A stretch of 64,000 nucleotides of DNA from Eledone cirrhosa. Taxonomy: Eukaryota. Location of the stretch: contig OZ024753.1 of assembly GCA_964016885.1 (NCBI GenBank), forward strand, positions 43,276,001-43,340,000. Direction: 5' to 3'. Below, piece by piece: positions 40,143-52,983 of the stretch. The notes under the pieces are model-generated. The model worked only from the letters and a program-made list of their open reading frames with translations, searched no databases and was not told the DNA's origin. Made by a program: the position numbers and the translations under genes. Every line of letters starts with the position of its first letter. Within the stretch, counting starts at the first letter, position 1.

Positions 40143-40273
40143 TGTATACCTTCCTGCCAGATTGTTGAACGTATATACTTACCTTATGCATATTAATGGC
40201 TGAGTAACCCAATTTGCATATCGAGTGCGTTAATCAGCCGGGTGCACCGAAAACGATAAACGGAATATATATT

Positions 40274-40304
<31 letters not shown>

Positions 40305-40410
40305 ATATATATATATTTCATTTCTGCCTCTGCTCACTCTCGTCTGTGTTTCTATTTCCTTTTTAATTTCGATTTTCTGATGGACTAGCATCAGAAATGT
40401 CAAGGCTTTT

Positions 40411-40444
<34 letters not shown>

Positions 40445-41126
40445 GACTCTGTAGACAGGGAGATTCCAATATATAAACCATGCTAGTGTGGAAGATAGAC
40501 ATTAAACGGCGATGATGATGATGATGATGATGATGTAATCTACCTGTTTATGGCAGGGCCTATAATATTTGTAGAACTCCATGTAGTACAGAAGTTATAA
40601 TTATGTGATCAGGTGGTGATAATTCTTTGTTTTGTAATAGGCTTTCATCTTATTAGATTTCATTGAACATTCTAATGAGCTCCGGAACATTCTAATGAGC
40701 TCAGGAACATTCTAATGAGTTCCGGAGTCATATATATATATGTGTGTCTGTGTGTGTCTGTGTTGAACAATGAAAACAAAAGGCATTGTTTAGTACTTAA
40801 TCCGAACCACTAAACTTCACCATTTCTTTTCATTGCTCAGCCCCCCCCCCCCATACACACATGACTTAACATTAACATGGATGTTACACAATTATATTTA
40901 TTGCACAGTACGTATTTCTGTGATACTAGTATGACAATTCTAGTCCCGTAGGAATCATTTCTATAATAAAATAAATATATACCTGTTAGGCATAGAAGCG
41001 ATAACTTCCTTGAAACCAAATCGTATCTTTTCCAAAATATGGTGGCTATAGCTGAAATATCTTTGGTTATAAGTTTGTTCAATTGGTTCAATTGGCTGAG
41101 GGTTAAATGACAATAGCCAGTAAATA

Positions 41127-41184
<58 letters not shown>

Positions 41185-41186
<2 letters not shown>

Positions 41187-41510
41187 CATCATTTCATCAT
41201 TTCATTTTATGTCCGCTTTTCCCTGCTTGCAAGGGTGGGACGGGAACTGATTCTGGCTTGATTTCTACAGCTGGATGCCCTTCCTAACACCAACCTCATT
41301 TACAGTAAGTGCTGGGTGCTTTTTTGCCGTGGAACCTACACGACCACTTTGCAGTGGAATGATAAGGACCTCAGTCCCTATCATCTCATTTCTACAGCTG
41401 AGTAAACTGGAGCAACGTGAAATAAAGTGTCTTGCTCAAGGAAACAACACACCACCCGGTCTGAGAATTGAACTCTCCACCTTTCGATTGCAAGGCCAAT
41501 GCTCTAACCT
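41185..41510 (-). mobile_element. SINE family B, head slightly truncated
   Basis: Family match. Confidence 0.92.
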
Positions 41511-41887
41511 CCATATATATATATGTATATATATATATACACACACATACACACCACTATTCCAACTGTCTTACTAAAAAGTCATAAACATATAAGGTAA
41601 ATATTTAAAAAACAAATAGTTTCCTACTGAAATACATTTTATTGTCAATAGAAAAATCTAGATGTTTCTCCCTATGATACAAGAATCTTGTCTTCTAGTT
41701 TATTCATGCAACAAGAGAATCCTGTGAACAAAGGCATTTAGAAAATATTCATTCAAAAAAATCATTTATATACAAATATTCACACAAATCTTGAAATGTT
41801 ATAAATATTCCTGAAGTGAAAGGAGAGATATACTTCATTTCTGGTTAAATAATTCATGCAGTGCGGTTAATAGTAGAATTATTGTTG

Positions 41888-42622
41888 GTCATCATCATCA
41901 TTGTGATGGTGATTGTCATTGTGGTTGTGGTTGTCATTTGGATCATCATTATCATCATCATCATCGTCATCATAATCATCATCTTCATAATCACCATCAT
42001 CATAATCACCATCATTGTCACCATCACCATCATCATAATCACCATCATTGTCACCATCACCATCATAACCATCATCATCATAACCATCATCATCATTACC
42101 ATCATTATCATTATCATCATAACCATCATCATAACCATAACCATCACAATCATCGTTGTCATCATCATCATCATCATCATCATCATCGACAGTGAATTGG
42201 CAGTATCGGTAGGTTGGATGCCATGCTTTGCAGCACAGTTATGGCCCTTTATGGTCTGAGTTCAAATCCCGCCGAGGTTAACTTTGCCTTTCGTCCTTAC
42301 GGAGTCGATAAAAGGAAGTACCAGTAATGTACTGGGGTAATTGCTGGCCTTGTGCCAAAAATAGAAACGACTATTATCATCATCAATATCGTCATCATCA
42401 TCATCATCATCATGTCATCATTATCATCATCATCATCATCATGTCATCATAATCATAATCATCATCATTGCCATCATAATTACCACCCTCAATGCCAACA
42501 TTATCATCATCATCATCAAAGTCATCATCATCAATATTATAATCGTCATAATAATCATTATTGTTGTGCTAACCATCATAATCCTCAACATAATTGCCAT
42601 CAAAGCTATCATCATCATCATC
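41888..42622. repeat. (ATC)n tract interrupted by a SINE-A (42190-42370 plus)
   Basis: Seen directly. Confidence 0.9.
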
Positions 42623-42738
42623 AACCATTTCATTACCATATTTCTAATGAAAGACGCTTTCTGTTATTTCCAAATAATTTTGAGAATTATCAAAAATTTG
42701 GAAGGATTTAGTAATTTAACTTTCTCCTTATTTATCTT

Positions 42739-43645
42739 GTGGATGGAACATAACTTAAAGGTTCTTACATAAAATTATGATTGAAGTTTGTTTTTTCTCT
42801 TTTTAAAATAAACACTTCGAAATAAACAGCTTTTTTTTGTAGAACCAAGTGTGGATGGAACATAACTTAAAGGTTCTTACATAAAATTATGATTGAAGTT
42901 TGTTTTTTCTCTTTTTAAAATAAACACTTCGAAATAAACAGCTTTTTTTTGTAGAACCAAGTGTGGATGGAACATAACTTAACAAAGGTTCTTACATAAA
43001 ATTATGATTGAAGTTTGTTTTTTCTCTTTTTAAAATAAACACTTCGAAATAAACAGCATTTTTTTGTAGAACCAAGTGTGGATGGAACATAACTTAACAA
43101 AGGTTCTTACATAAAATTATGATTGAAGTTTGTTTTTTCACTTTTTAAAATAAACACTTCGAAATAAACAGCTTTTTTTTGTAGAACCAAGTGTGGATGG
43201 AACATAACTTAAAGGTTCTTACATAAAATTATGATTGAAGTTTGTTTTTTCTCTTTTTAAAATAAACACTTCGAAATAAACAGCTTTTTTTTGTAGAACC
43301 AAGTGTGGATGGAACATAACTTAACAAAGGTTCTTACATAAAATTATGATTGAAGTTTGTTTTTTCTCTTTTTAAAATAAACACTTCGAAATAAACAGCA
43401 TTTTTTTGTAGAACCAAGTGTGGATGGAACATAACTTAACAAAGGTTCTTACATAAAATTATGATTGAAGTTTGTTTTTTCACTTTTTAAAATAAACACT
43501 TCGAAATAAACAGCTTTTTTTTGTAGAACCAAGTGTGGATGGAACATAACTTAACAAAGGTTCTTACATAAAATTATGATTGAAGTTTGTTTTTCTCTAT
43601 CTGAAATAAACACTTTAAAATAAACAGCTTTTTTTTGTAGAACTA
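42739..43645 (+). repeat. Tandem repeat of about 112-115 bp, 8 copies, inside MITE M1 (42622-43668)
   Basis: Unit gtggatggaacataacttaa(caa)aggttcttacataaaattatgattgaag...aaataaacagc-ttttttgtagaaccaagt. Confidence 0.95.
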
Positions 43646-44149
43646 GGGGCAGTTTCAGGTGGTTTATTATTGCAGAAACTTAAATATGTAATTTTTTAGA
43701 GATCCTTTGTGTAAGCAGCTCTTTACTGAAATTGGATACACAGCTGGGAGTATGTTATGATGTTAGAAATGTAATGCTTTTGTAAAGTTCCTTGGTAGAA
43801 ATCAGATGAACACTTAATTGGTTATGTCAAATATTAATGATATAGTGCACATCTGGTGCTAATGCAAATTCTTCAACCATTTTTCATATCCCCAACCAAA
43901 ATAGTGTTTCTACAGAATATGGAGTCTTCAGTTACTATATACACTCGAATATAAGCTGAGGAATGTGTCTAAAAGACATTGTCTTATATACACCATCTAA
44001 ACAATGTGTTGGTTTATAAATGGCGTTAGGGTTTTTGCCAAGAAATATGTGGGGTGTATGAGTCTATATAATTCATGTTTTATGTATGGTGAAAGATTAT
44101 AGTGAAGAGAACTCTTACACACCAAAACAATGTTTGTGTCATGACTATA

Positions 44150-44800
44150 TACACCCAGTACACTCTGTAATGTGGTTGGCAATCAGAAACAGTATAGAGT
44201 AGTGAAGACTTTTCCTACTGGCTGTGTTATGACAAACCCATTAATGCTGGTGCCATGATAAAGTACACCCAGTACACTCTGTAAAGTGGTACTACTGGTG
44301 CTGCAATAAAACCTGGTAGTATTGGTGTCACAATAAAAAAACACCCAGTACACTCTGTAAGGTGTTAGTATTGGTGTCACAATAAAAAGCACCCAGTACA
44401 CTCTGTAAGGTGTTAGCGTTGGTGTCACAATAAAAAGCACCCAGTACACTCTGTAAGGTGTTAGTGTTGGTATCACAATAAAAAGCACCCAGTACACTCT
44501 GTAAGGTGTTAGTGTTGGTATCACAATAAAAAGCACCCAGTACACTCTGTAAGGTGTTAGTGTTGGTATCACAATAAAAAGCACCCAGTACACTCTGTAA
44601 GGTGATAGTGTTGGTGCCACAATAAAAAAAACAACATACAGTACGTATTGTAAGGTGGTTGGTATTAAGAAGGGCATCCAGCCATAGAAACTGTAACAAA
44701 TATGAAACGTATTTGGAAAATGAGATCTGTCTCATCAATTAGATAGTGAAGACCTATCCAACCCATTCCAGCATGACAAGCAGATGTAAAATGATGAGGA
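44150..44800 (+). mobile_element. SINE/RTE tail with a 48-bp internal unit amplified about 6 times
   Basis: aaaagcacccagtacactctgtaaggtgttagtgttggtatcacaata at 44325-44630, then aagaagggcatccagcc...atgatga. Confidence 0.85.
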
Positions 44801-45624
44801 TGTGTATGTATGTGTGAGTATATGTGTATGCGTGTGAATGAGTGTGTAGGCGGGAGAGAGAAGAGAGTGGAGGTTAAGGTGGATAAATGCAACAATTGAC
44901 AAATAGATTCTGGAAAGAGAAATGCGAATAATTGCCTAGCATTCTCTGCTATTACTTATCAATAGAGAAATGTTAAGTTAATACAGAGGAATGAAATTAA
45001 ATAGAATCCACTTTATGAGGTGTTTGCACAACCATTTACTCTAAATAGACACATGCTAGTGCTAATTTCTTGATATTAACTGTCAGTTCATTGTAATTCT
45101 AAGGAATGATCTGCAAGTTTGGCAGATTTAAATTGAGTTAACTCGAATCATGTCAACAGTGTACCCATAGAAGACAAAGTTAGGATGGCGATATTTCCTG
45201 ATTCATGAGACTACCGATTTGTTTTAAATCTATATTCTCTAATTTTCTCCATTTCTGTCAGACTCTTTATCATTCTTACTTAACTCTTAAAACAAGAATA
45301 TATCTCTTGGCAATACTCCCACGATTTCTCAAAGACCTGCTGCAGTATGAATATTTGGTCAGCTGTGCTGTGTTCAGGTCGAGTATCACACTGTTCTGGT
45401 CTCACTTGGGAATCCAGCTGGATCAGTTGAAGACAGTTGCTTCTGACAGGACCCACTGGTGGGATTTTTTGAGGAATCTGCCCCCACGACTCTCTCAGAA
45501 TAAGTGGGCCAAGAAGCGAAGAAGACGCTTAATTCTTAACATCATGTAATGTTTTAGCAGAAAATATATTTAAAGATTTATTTATAAAGATTTATTAATT
45601 CAAATGTTTATAGTATTATCACTA

Positions 45625-45808
45625 GTGGATTGGCAGTATCGGTAGAGGGTTGGACGCCATGCTTTCCAGCATAGTTATGTCCCTTTATGATCTGAGTTCA
45701 AATCCCGCCGAGGTTGACTTTGCCTTTCATCCTTACGGGGTCGATAAAATAAAGTACCAGTAATGCACTGGGTAATTGCTGGCCTTGTGCCTAAAGTAGA
45801 AACAATTA
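45625..45808 (+). mobile_element. SINE family A with TSD attat(c/t)actagtgga
   Basis: Family match and flanking direct repeat. Confidence 0.92.
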
Positions 45809-46691
45809 TTACTAGTGGACAGATTGTAATGAATATTTGCGGTATTAATTTTAGAGACTTAAATTATCAATTTTTTTATAGTACCTTTACTAGTGAAGAC
45901 TCAGCATGAAAATTTTCTGTATTGCAATAAAGACTTCAGATTTTCATCTGATATAGTTATAGGGCTGTTTATATTTTCAAGAATGGCTTGCTAATGTGGT
46001 TCACACAATACAAGTCATTAAGAGTTAAGGCCAACCATGCAACCACCTAGGGTGGTAACCTCATAAAGGTACATGACTAATGTGTTTTCATGCAGTATAG
46101 CATGTTAAGAATTACTTTGATTATATGCACTTATATAAAGTATTTATGTTTAATGATGGTCAATTCTGTTTTAGATACCTATATACATATATACACATAC
46201 ATACATACATACATACATGTATATCTATCTATATATAAATCGATTTTGTCTCAATATAGAGAGGTGGTGGTGTTGGTGTTGCTTAGCTACAGGTCAGGTC
46301 AGGTCAGTTCTGATCGAACAGACATGTTCATAGATATTCCAGCCAAGGTAACATGCATTTATGTAGAAAACTTATATATGAAACATACACACATACACAC
46401 ACACACACACACAGACACACACATACAGACACACACACACACACACACAGACACAGACACACACACACAGACACACACACACACACACACAGACACACAT
46501 ACACACACACATACAGACACATAGACACATACAAATATATATTTGTAGAAATAATTTGAAAACTCGAACACAAGGAATAGCTGTTAAAACAGCCATTTTA
46601 ACAGCTATTTCATACATTCAATTTTTCAAATTGTTTCTATGAATTTCAAATACACTCACACTTTATCTTGATTTTCAAGGTAACAATGTTT

Positions 46692-46731
<40 letters not shown>

Positions 46732-46879
46732 ATTGTTATACTTTGGGAGGGTCATGTTGCCAATAAGAAACACACGCACCAGTTGCTTTCACTTCAATTT
46801 ATTATAATCAATTTATAAATTTAGGAATTTATAAATTTCCGGTTGGTTGGTTCCACAACCAGATGGTTGTTTATATATT

Positions 46880-46922
46880 GTCAAAGTTCTTTCGTCACAC
46901 ATTCTGTGACCTCTTCAGTGAC
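46880..46922 (-). ncRNA. Minimal type I hammerhead ribozyme motif
   Basis: GUCA-CUGAAGA-g-GUCAC(agaaugu)GUGAC-GAAA-GAAC-UU^UGAC. Confidence 0.7.
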
Positions 46923-47013
46923 TGGGGATTCTTTTCTTTGTTTTTTGTGCCTCTCCTTTGTTCTGTCCTATGCCATCTTGTTTTTGTGTATATATATATA
47001 GCATTTTCCATGC

Positions 47014-47047
<34 letters not shown>

Positions 47048-47297
47048 GCATGGAAAATGGACGTTAAACGATGATGATGATGATGATATATAATGTACTT
47101 TATTTTTGTATTTGTTTTGCAAGATTTCTTATCTGAAAACGTGTATTGAAACAGATATTGTTATACTTACAAAGTATAACAATATATATATATATATATA
47201 TATATATTGAATAAGACCCGTCCCACCCTTGCAAGCAGGGAAAAGCGGACGTAAAATGATGATGATGATGAGGATGATGATATATATATAAAGTAAT

Positions 47298-47531
47298 AAT
47301 TGTTTCTACTTTAGGCACAAGGCCAGCAATTACCCAGTGCATTACTGGTACTTTATTTTATCGACCCGTAAGGATGAAAGGCAAAGTCGACCTCGGCGGG
47401 ATTTGAACTCAGACCGTAAAGGGACGTAACTATGCTGGAAAGCATGGCGTCCGACCCTCTACTGATACTGCCAATCCCCCCGCCCCAGCATGGTGTCTAA
47501 CCCTCTACTGATACTGCCAATCCACCGCCCT
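47298..47531 (-). mobile_element. SINE family A with a duplicated 5' head (2 units)
   Basis: agcatggcgtccgaccctctactgatactgccaatccccccgcccc-agcatggtgtctaaccctctactgatactgccaatccaccgccc. Confidence 0.92.
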
Positions 47532-47862
47532 TTAATAAAGTAATAATATTTTCGAGTCAGCGAGTGAGTTTGAAATTATTATAAATGTAAGTTATCTCCG
47601 TATTTTGACTAAAGAAATTAAAGAAATTATTTAGCCTGATAGTGGGGCTAAGAACCCTCAGAGAAATGGAAAAAGATGAGTATTGATGTATATATATATA
47701 AAAGAAAAAAAGTTGGGAGATAGAATCAGCCTTGTTACATAATGTCATATTGATTCTATATGAAAATAATCTTAAAATTTTGTTACCATATTTTAAATGA
47801 AAAACATTCTCACTTGTACCATAAACGTGGGCATAGTTTCTTGTAGCATAAATGAAGACACA

Positions 47863-47975
47863 ATTTCCTGCGCCATTGATATGGGCCCAGTTTCCTGCGC
47901 CATTGATATGGGCCCAGTTTCCTGCGCCATTGACTTGGGCCCTGTTTCCTGCGCCATTGACTTGGGCCCTGTTTC
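47863..47975. repeat. 27-bp minisatellite, 4 copies
   Basis: tttcctgcgccattga(tat/ctt)gggccc(a/t)g. Confidence 0.9.
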
Positions 47976-48635
47976 AAGCAGTTTTGATATCAACCAGATT
48001 AAACATGCTCAACTGCGACAACATATAGGACACATTTCTGAATTAATTAGGAAGTTCAGGATTTTCTTTTTTTTTTCCAGTTTGGTGGTTGGTTTGCTAA
48101 TGTTGAAATATTTCCCAATTTCATGTAATAAAATAAACGGTAAAATAAAAATAAAAATTTATAACAACAACAACAACAGCGACAACACCACCGTTGTTCA
48201 AGTATGATAATATTTTTCATCTGATTTGAAAATTCTAATAAAAGAACATTTATGATGCTCTTTTGTGCTGTAATGTGATATTAGATAAGAAATGCTGTTT
48301 AAGATTGTATCAAACGTAGTAATTATGTGATAAAATTGTGATATCAAAACATATTCTCCCATTATGTCCAGTAAGAAAAAAATAAAAAATAAAATAAAAT
48401 AAAAAAATTGTATATAAAAAAAGCATTGCATAGAAATATTATAATGAGCATAATCATACACACTCATGGGTATATACACACATTCACGGGTATATATACA
48501 CATATATACACACACACTTTCACACTTTAGTTCACATTCCTTCTCTCCTTTCTCCCCTTTCTCACTCTTATTTTTTCTTTTCCATACATATACACACACA
48601 CACACGCGTATATATATATACACACACACATGTAC

Positions 48636-48672
<37 letters not shown>

Positions 48673-48707
48673 TGTACATACATATATATACACACATGCA
48701 TACACAC

Positions 48708-48865
<158 letters not shown>

Positions 48866-50046
48866 ACATATCTCTATCTCTCTCTCTCTCTCTATCTATA
48901 TATATGCATGTTATTAAAGACATGGCTATATTTGAGCTTTATCTTTTATTTTAGGTTTTTCTCATATTTCCATATAAGGCGTTTGCAACTTTTTTAGAAC
49001 AACAAAGTTCCTAAATCCATAATTTAATCAACTTTTCTAGACTTTCACAGTTCTCTCAAGAGTTGTTGGCATATTTTTTTAATGCCTCTTACTGTAGACA
49101 TGGACATTTTATGAAGGTTATTCCTTCTCTGCCATTATTTTTATGTCTTTCTTAAAGAATTTGTATCTTAAAGCTTGACTGCTAGACTTATATATCATAG
49201 GTGACAAGTACTACAAAAATTTATGGTACATTTAAAGATTTATGCTTTTAACCATTTACCATTTAAACCGGCTGTATCCAGCCAGAATTCCCTCACCTCT
49301 TTCTGTTCAAATTGGCTGGAACCAGTTACTCATACTGATGTTAAGGTATTGTTCTCAAAAGAAAACATATCTTGAGAACAATACCATAACACAATAAACA
49401 ATTGTTTCTACTTTTGGCATAATGCCAGTAATTACCCAGTGTATTACTGGTACTTTATTTTATCGACCTCGTAAGGATGAAAGGCAAAGTTAACCTCGGT
49501 GGGATTTGAACTCAGAACATAAAGGTGTCATAACAAAATAAATATCAAAGTCTCATAGATTCGATATTATGTGAGATAATTATGTGAGGTAAAGCCTTTA
49601 CTGAGAAAATATAATAGTAAATATAGAGTAATGTGGTAAAGGGTTAAGATAGGTAGAAAATAGGTAAAGTTGTTAGTGTTGAAGTTTTGGCTCTGTACTC
49701 TGTTAAAATTTCACTGAGGCGAAGTTAACCTCAATGGGACTTGACTAAGAACGCAACGGGCCATAACTCTATGCCACGAAGCATGTTGTCTGACACTCTA
49801 CTGATACTGCCAATCATATGTGTAGAATAGATACAACATATTCTTGCATGTCATAAGACATTGGTTGATGGGTAAAATATTACCTCAGAAATATTGATAA
49901 ATCAGAGCGCCACCAGTCTGGACAGTTAGAAGGCCGAGACTCATCAGATAATTGCCAGAATCCCCAGCAATAGATAAATATATTAAACAAGCAAATTATA
50001 AATGTAAACATGTAAGTATGTTTTTGAAATGGTGCGCGAGTTTGAA

Positions 50047-50261
50047 AATTAGAAATTATAAGCTTTCACCGTATTTTAGACTAAAGAAATTTCTAGCCTG
50101 ATAGTGGGGTTTATAACCCTCGGAGAAATGGAAAAAGATGAGTGTTGCCATACATGTACGGCAACACTCATCTTTTCCATTTCTCCGAGGGTTATAAACC
50201 CCACTATCAGGCTAGAAATTTCTTTAGTGTAAAATACGGTGAAAGCTTATAATTTCTAATT
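50047..50261. repeat. Loop-less palindrome, arms of about 107 bp; single-arm homologue at 47560-47690
   Basis: Centre gttgcc-atacatgtac-ggcaac; arms near identical. Confidence 0.95.
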
Positions 50262-50269
50262 TCTAATTA

Positions 50270-50600
50270 TAAATATATTAGTTTAATACTTGATAAGTTG
50301 AGGAAAGAGTTTTTGTTTTAGGCACGGGTCCTTCATCAGAAGTGAGATTGAGAGGAAATAGAACAGGGAAAGTAGATGTTAAATAGATGATATATGGCTG
50401 ACAGAATACATGTGCTTTTTCTAAAAAAAAACATTTTCTTTCCTTTCCCTCTTCTCTCTCTCTTTCTATTTCATCTTTTATTTCTCATTCTATCTTTTGA
50501 TGAAGGACTAGTGTCTGAAACATAAATACGCTTTTTCTTCTATATCAAGCGTTAAACTAATATATTTCATTTGTACTGTGTTTTTTGCTTTGATCTTTCC
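50270..50600. mobile_element. Inverted pair of hammerhead-bearing repeat fragments (third copy 61635-61823 minus)
   Basis: tgatgaaggac(tagt)gtctgaaa in 50497-50520 plus, 50318-50339 minus and 61697-61721 minus, with homologous flanks. Confidence 0.7.
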
Positions 50601-50922
50601 ATTTACTTTTTGCATATATATATATATATGTGTGTATATGTGTATATATATACATAAACACAAACACACACATATAGATGATGATGATGAATGTATTTGA
50701 ACCACTTTACTGTAATATTGTAAATATTCTATTTCAAGGTGTTACATCAGTAATATATTTAATATGTTAATGTTGCTCTTCTATTGATAACGCAGAAAAT
50801 AATATTGCAGGTGTTGGCACAAAATATGTAAATAGCATTTCTAATGAATTAAACATAACATATATGTACACACACACACACACACACACGCACACACACA
50901 CATATAGACACGCACACACACA

Positions 50923-50958
<36 letters not shown>

Positions 50959-51090
50959 CACATCTATGCATATATACATATATAAATGTGCGTGTGTGTG
51001 TATAAATATATATATTATATGAATATCTCTCTGTGTGTGTATGTATATATATATATATATATATATGCACACATATATATATATATATAT

Positions 51091-51133
<43 letters not shown>

Positions 51134-52103
51134 TATATTTATAGTGTGTGTGGACATGTGAGTGTGTAAATAGAATTCTTAATGAATTAAACATATTCTG
51201 TTTCTTGAATGTAGAGTTTAAAAAAAGCTGTAGATACAAGCGTATAAGTGTGTGTATGAGTGTACATACATACACACACATACACACACATATATATATA
51301 TATATATGTCTCTGTATGTATGCATATACTTACACATGTACATACAGAATATTGACACAGCTCAATTAAATCCACCTCATTTTTATAACTTTGTGTATAT
51401 ATATATATATATATATAAACATATATACACATAAATATATATACATATACACATATATATATAAAAATATATACACATATATATATAAACATATATACAC
51501 ATATATATATAAACATATATACACATAAATATATATACCTATACACATATATATATAGATATATATATACATATACACATATATACATATACACACATAT
51601 ATATATACATATACACATACATATACATATATATATATACATATACACATATATATATACATATATATATACATACATATACACATATATATATATATAT
51701 ACATATACACATATATACATATACACACAATATGTATATATATATATGGGTATATAAAATATATTTTTATCACGGAATAGAATAAATATCGAAATAAATG
51801 TGTAAACAAATCTTAGAAGCCTGATGTATCTCTTTTATCATTGTCAATCAAATCATTTATTATAATTGTTTATAAATTAATAATTACTGCAACTTCATTT
51901 TATGGGGACATGTAAGGACTAGAGCTTATTTAACTAAACCTCGTTGTATTGATGACTTGCAGGCTTGGATAATTAATGGCATTCTGGGTAGATGGGAAAA
52001 ATATCTGCTGAAAAATATATCTCTAGAAATTTAGAATTGTATCACAATTTTTATTTGTAATGATGTTATATGTTTGAAAATGAACGATTGGGGGCATAAA
52101 TCT

Positions 52104-52516
52104 ATTAACCCTTTAGCATTTATATTCATCTATATTTACTGTTGTGCTTTCATGGTAAAGGCTTTACCTCACATAATTATCTTACATAATTATCTCGATT
52201 GGCTCATTAGAACATCGGATAGAATGCTTTATGGTATTAATTCCAGCTCCCTGATCTCTGAGTTTAAAATTTTGCCGAGGTCAACTTTGCCTTTCATCCT
52301 TACGGGGTCGATAAAATAAAGTACCAGTAATACATTGGGATAATTGCTGGCCTTGTGCCCCAAAGTAGTAACAATAATTATCTTATATAATATCGAATCT
52401 ATGATATTTTGATGCTATTTATTTCGAGAACAATACCTTAATATCAGTATGAGCGACTCAGGATGAGGTGAGAGAATTCTGGCCGGATATGGCCGGTTTC
52501 AATGCTAAAGGGTTAA
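52104..52516 (-). mobile_element. MITE M2 with perfect TIRs and a nested SINE-A (52200-52375)
   Basis: ttaaccctttagcatt ... aatgctaaagggttaa. Confidence 0.85.
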
Positions 52517-52659
52517 ACTACATAGTTGTATCTTTCTCTTGTCTTTTTTCAAGGTCTAAGCTATAATATCTGACTTAATTTCGGTCATGGATTCAATTCC
52601 TTTATCAAGCACTGTTGTGTTCATTGTTTTACATTACTTTCCCTGATAGGACTTGGGAA

Positions 52660-52983
52660 TAAGGCTCAATTTATACCTTGGAGGGCCTGGGGCACTCCAG
52701 GTTTGTGTGGAGGCCCATCATACACAAAAAATTAGAATACACAGCAATCCCCACCCCCTACAATTTTACGTATTAAAGTTAGTTTGTTGCAAGTAATTGG
52801 AATTGAAAAGTTATACATATAAGTATTACATTTTTAAAAATCTAATCAGCCGAAAACTGAAAAGCCAAGCAGTGGGTACAAATATATAGCTACGGCCATC
52901 ACTAGTGCCCCCCCCCCCCCAAAAAAAAAACTGCAGGGGGCTGGGCCAATTGACCTCTTTGCCCGCCATTAAATCTGGCCCTG
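52660..52983. mobile_element. hAT-like MITE inserted in SINE family C
   Basis: Ends ttaaatctggccctg, starts taaggctcaattta; flanks acttgggaa / actggggaa resemble an 8-9-bp TSD. Confidence 0.5.

Noticed and set aside
43934-44090. Possible pogo/Tc1-type MITE (tactatatacactcgaatataagc)
   Set aside because: The right-hand TIR is too degraded to confirm.
47793-48207. ORFs with SCAIDMGPV / SMAQETGP repeats
   Set aside because: Explained by a 27-bp minisatellite open on both strands; no splice or homology support.
49900-49955. CUGAUGA-GUCU...AGAC on the minus strand
   Set aside because: A stem is present but the GAAA box is missing, so it is not supportable as a ribozyme.
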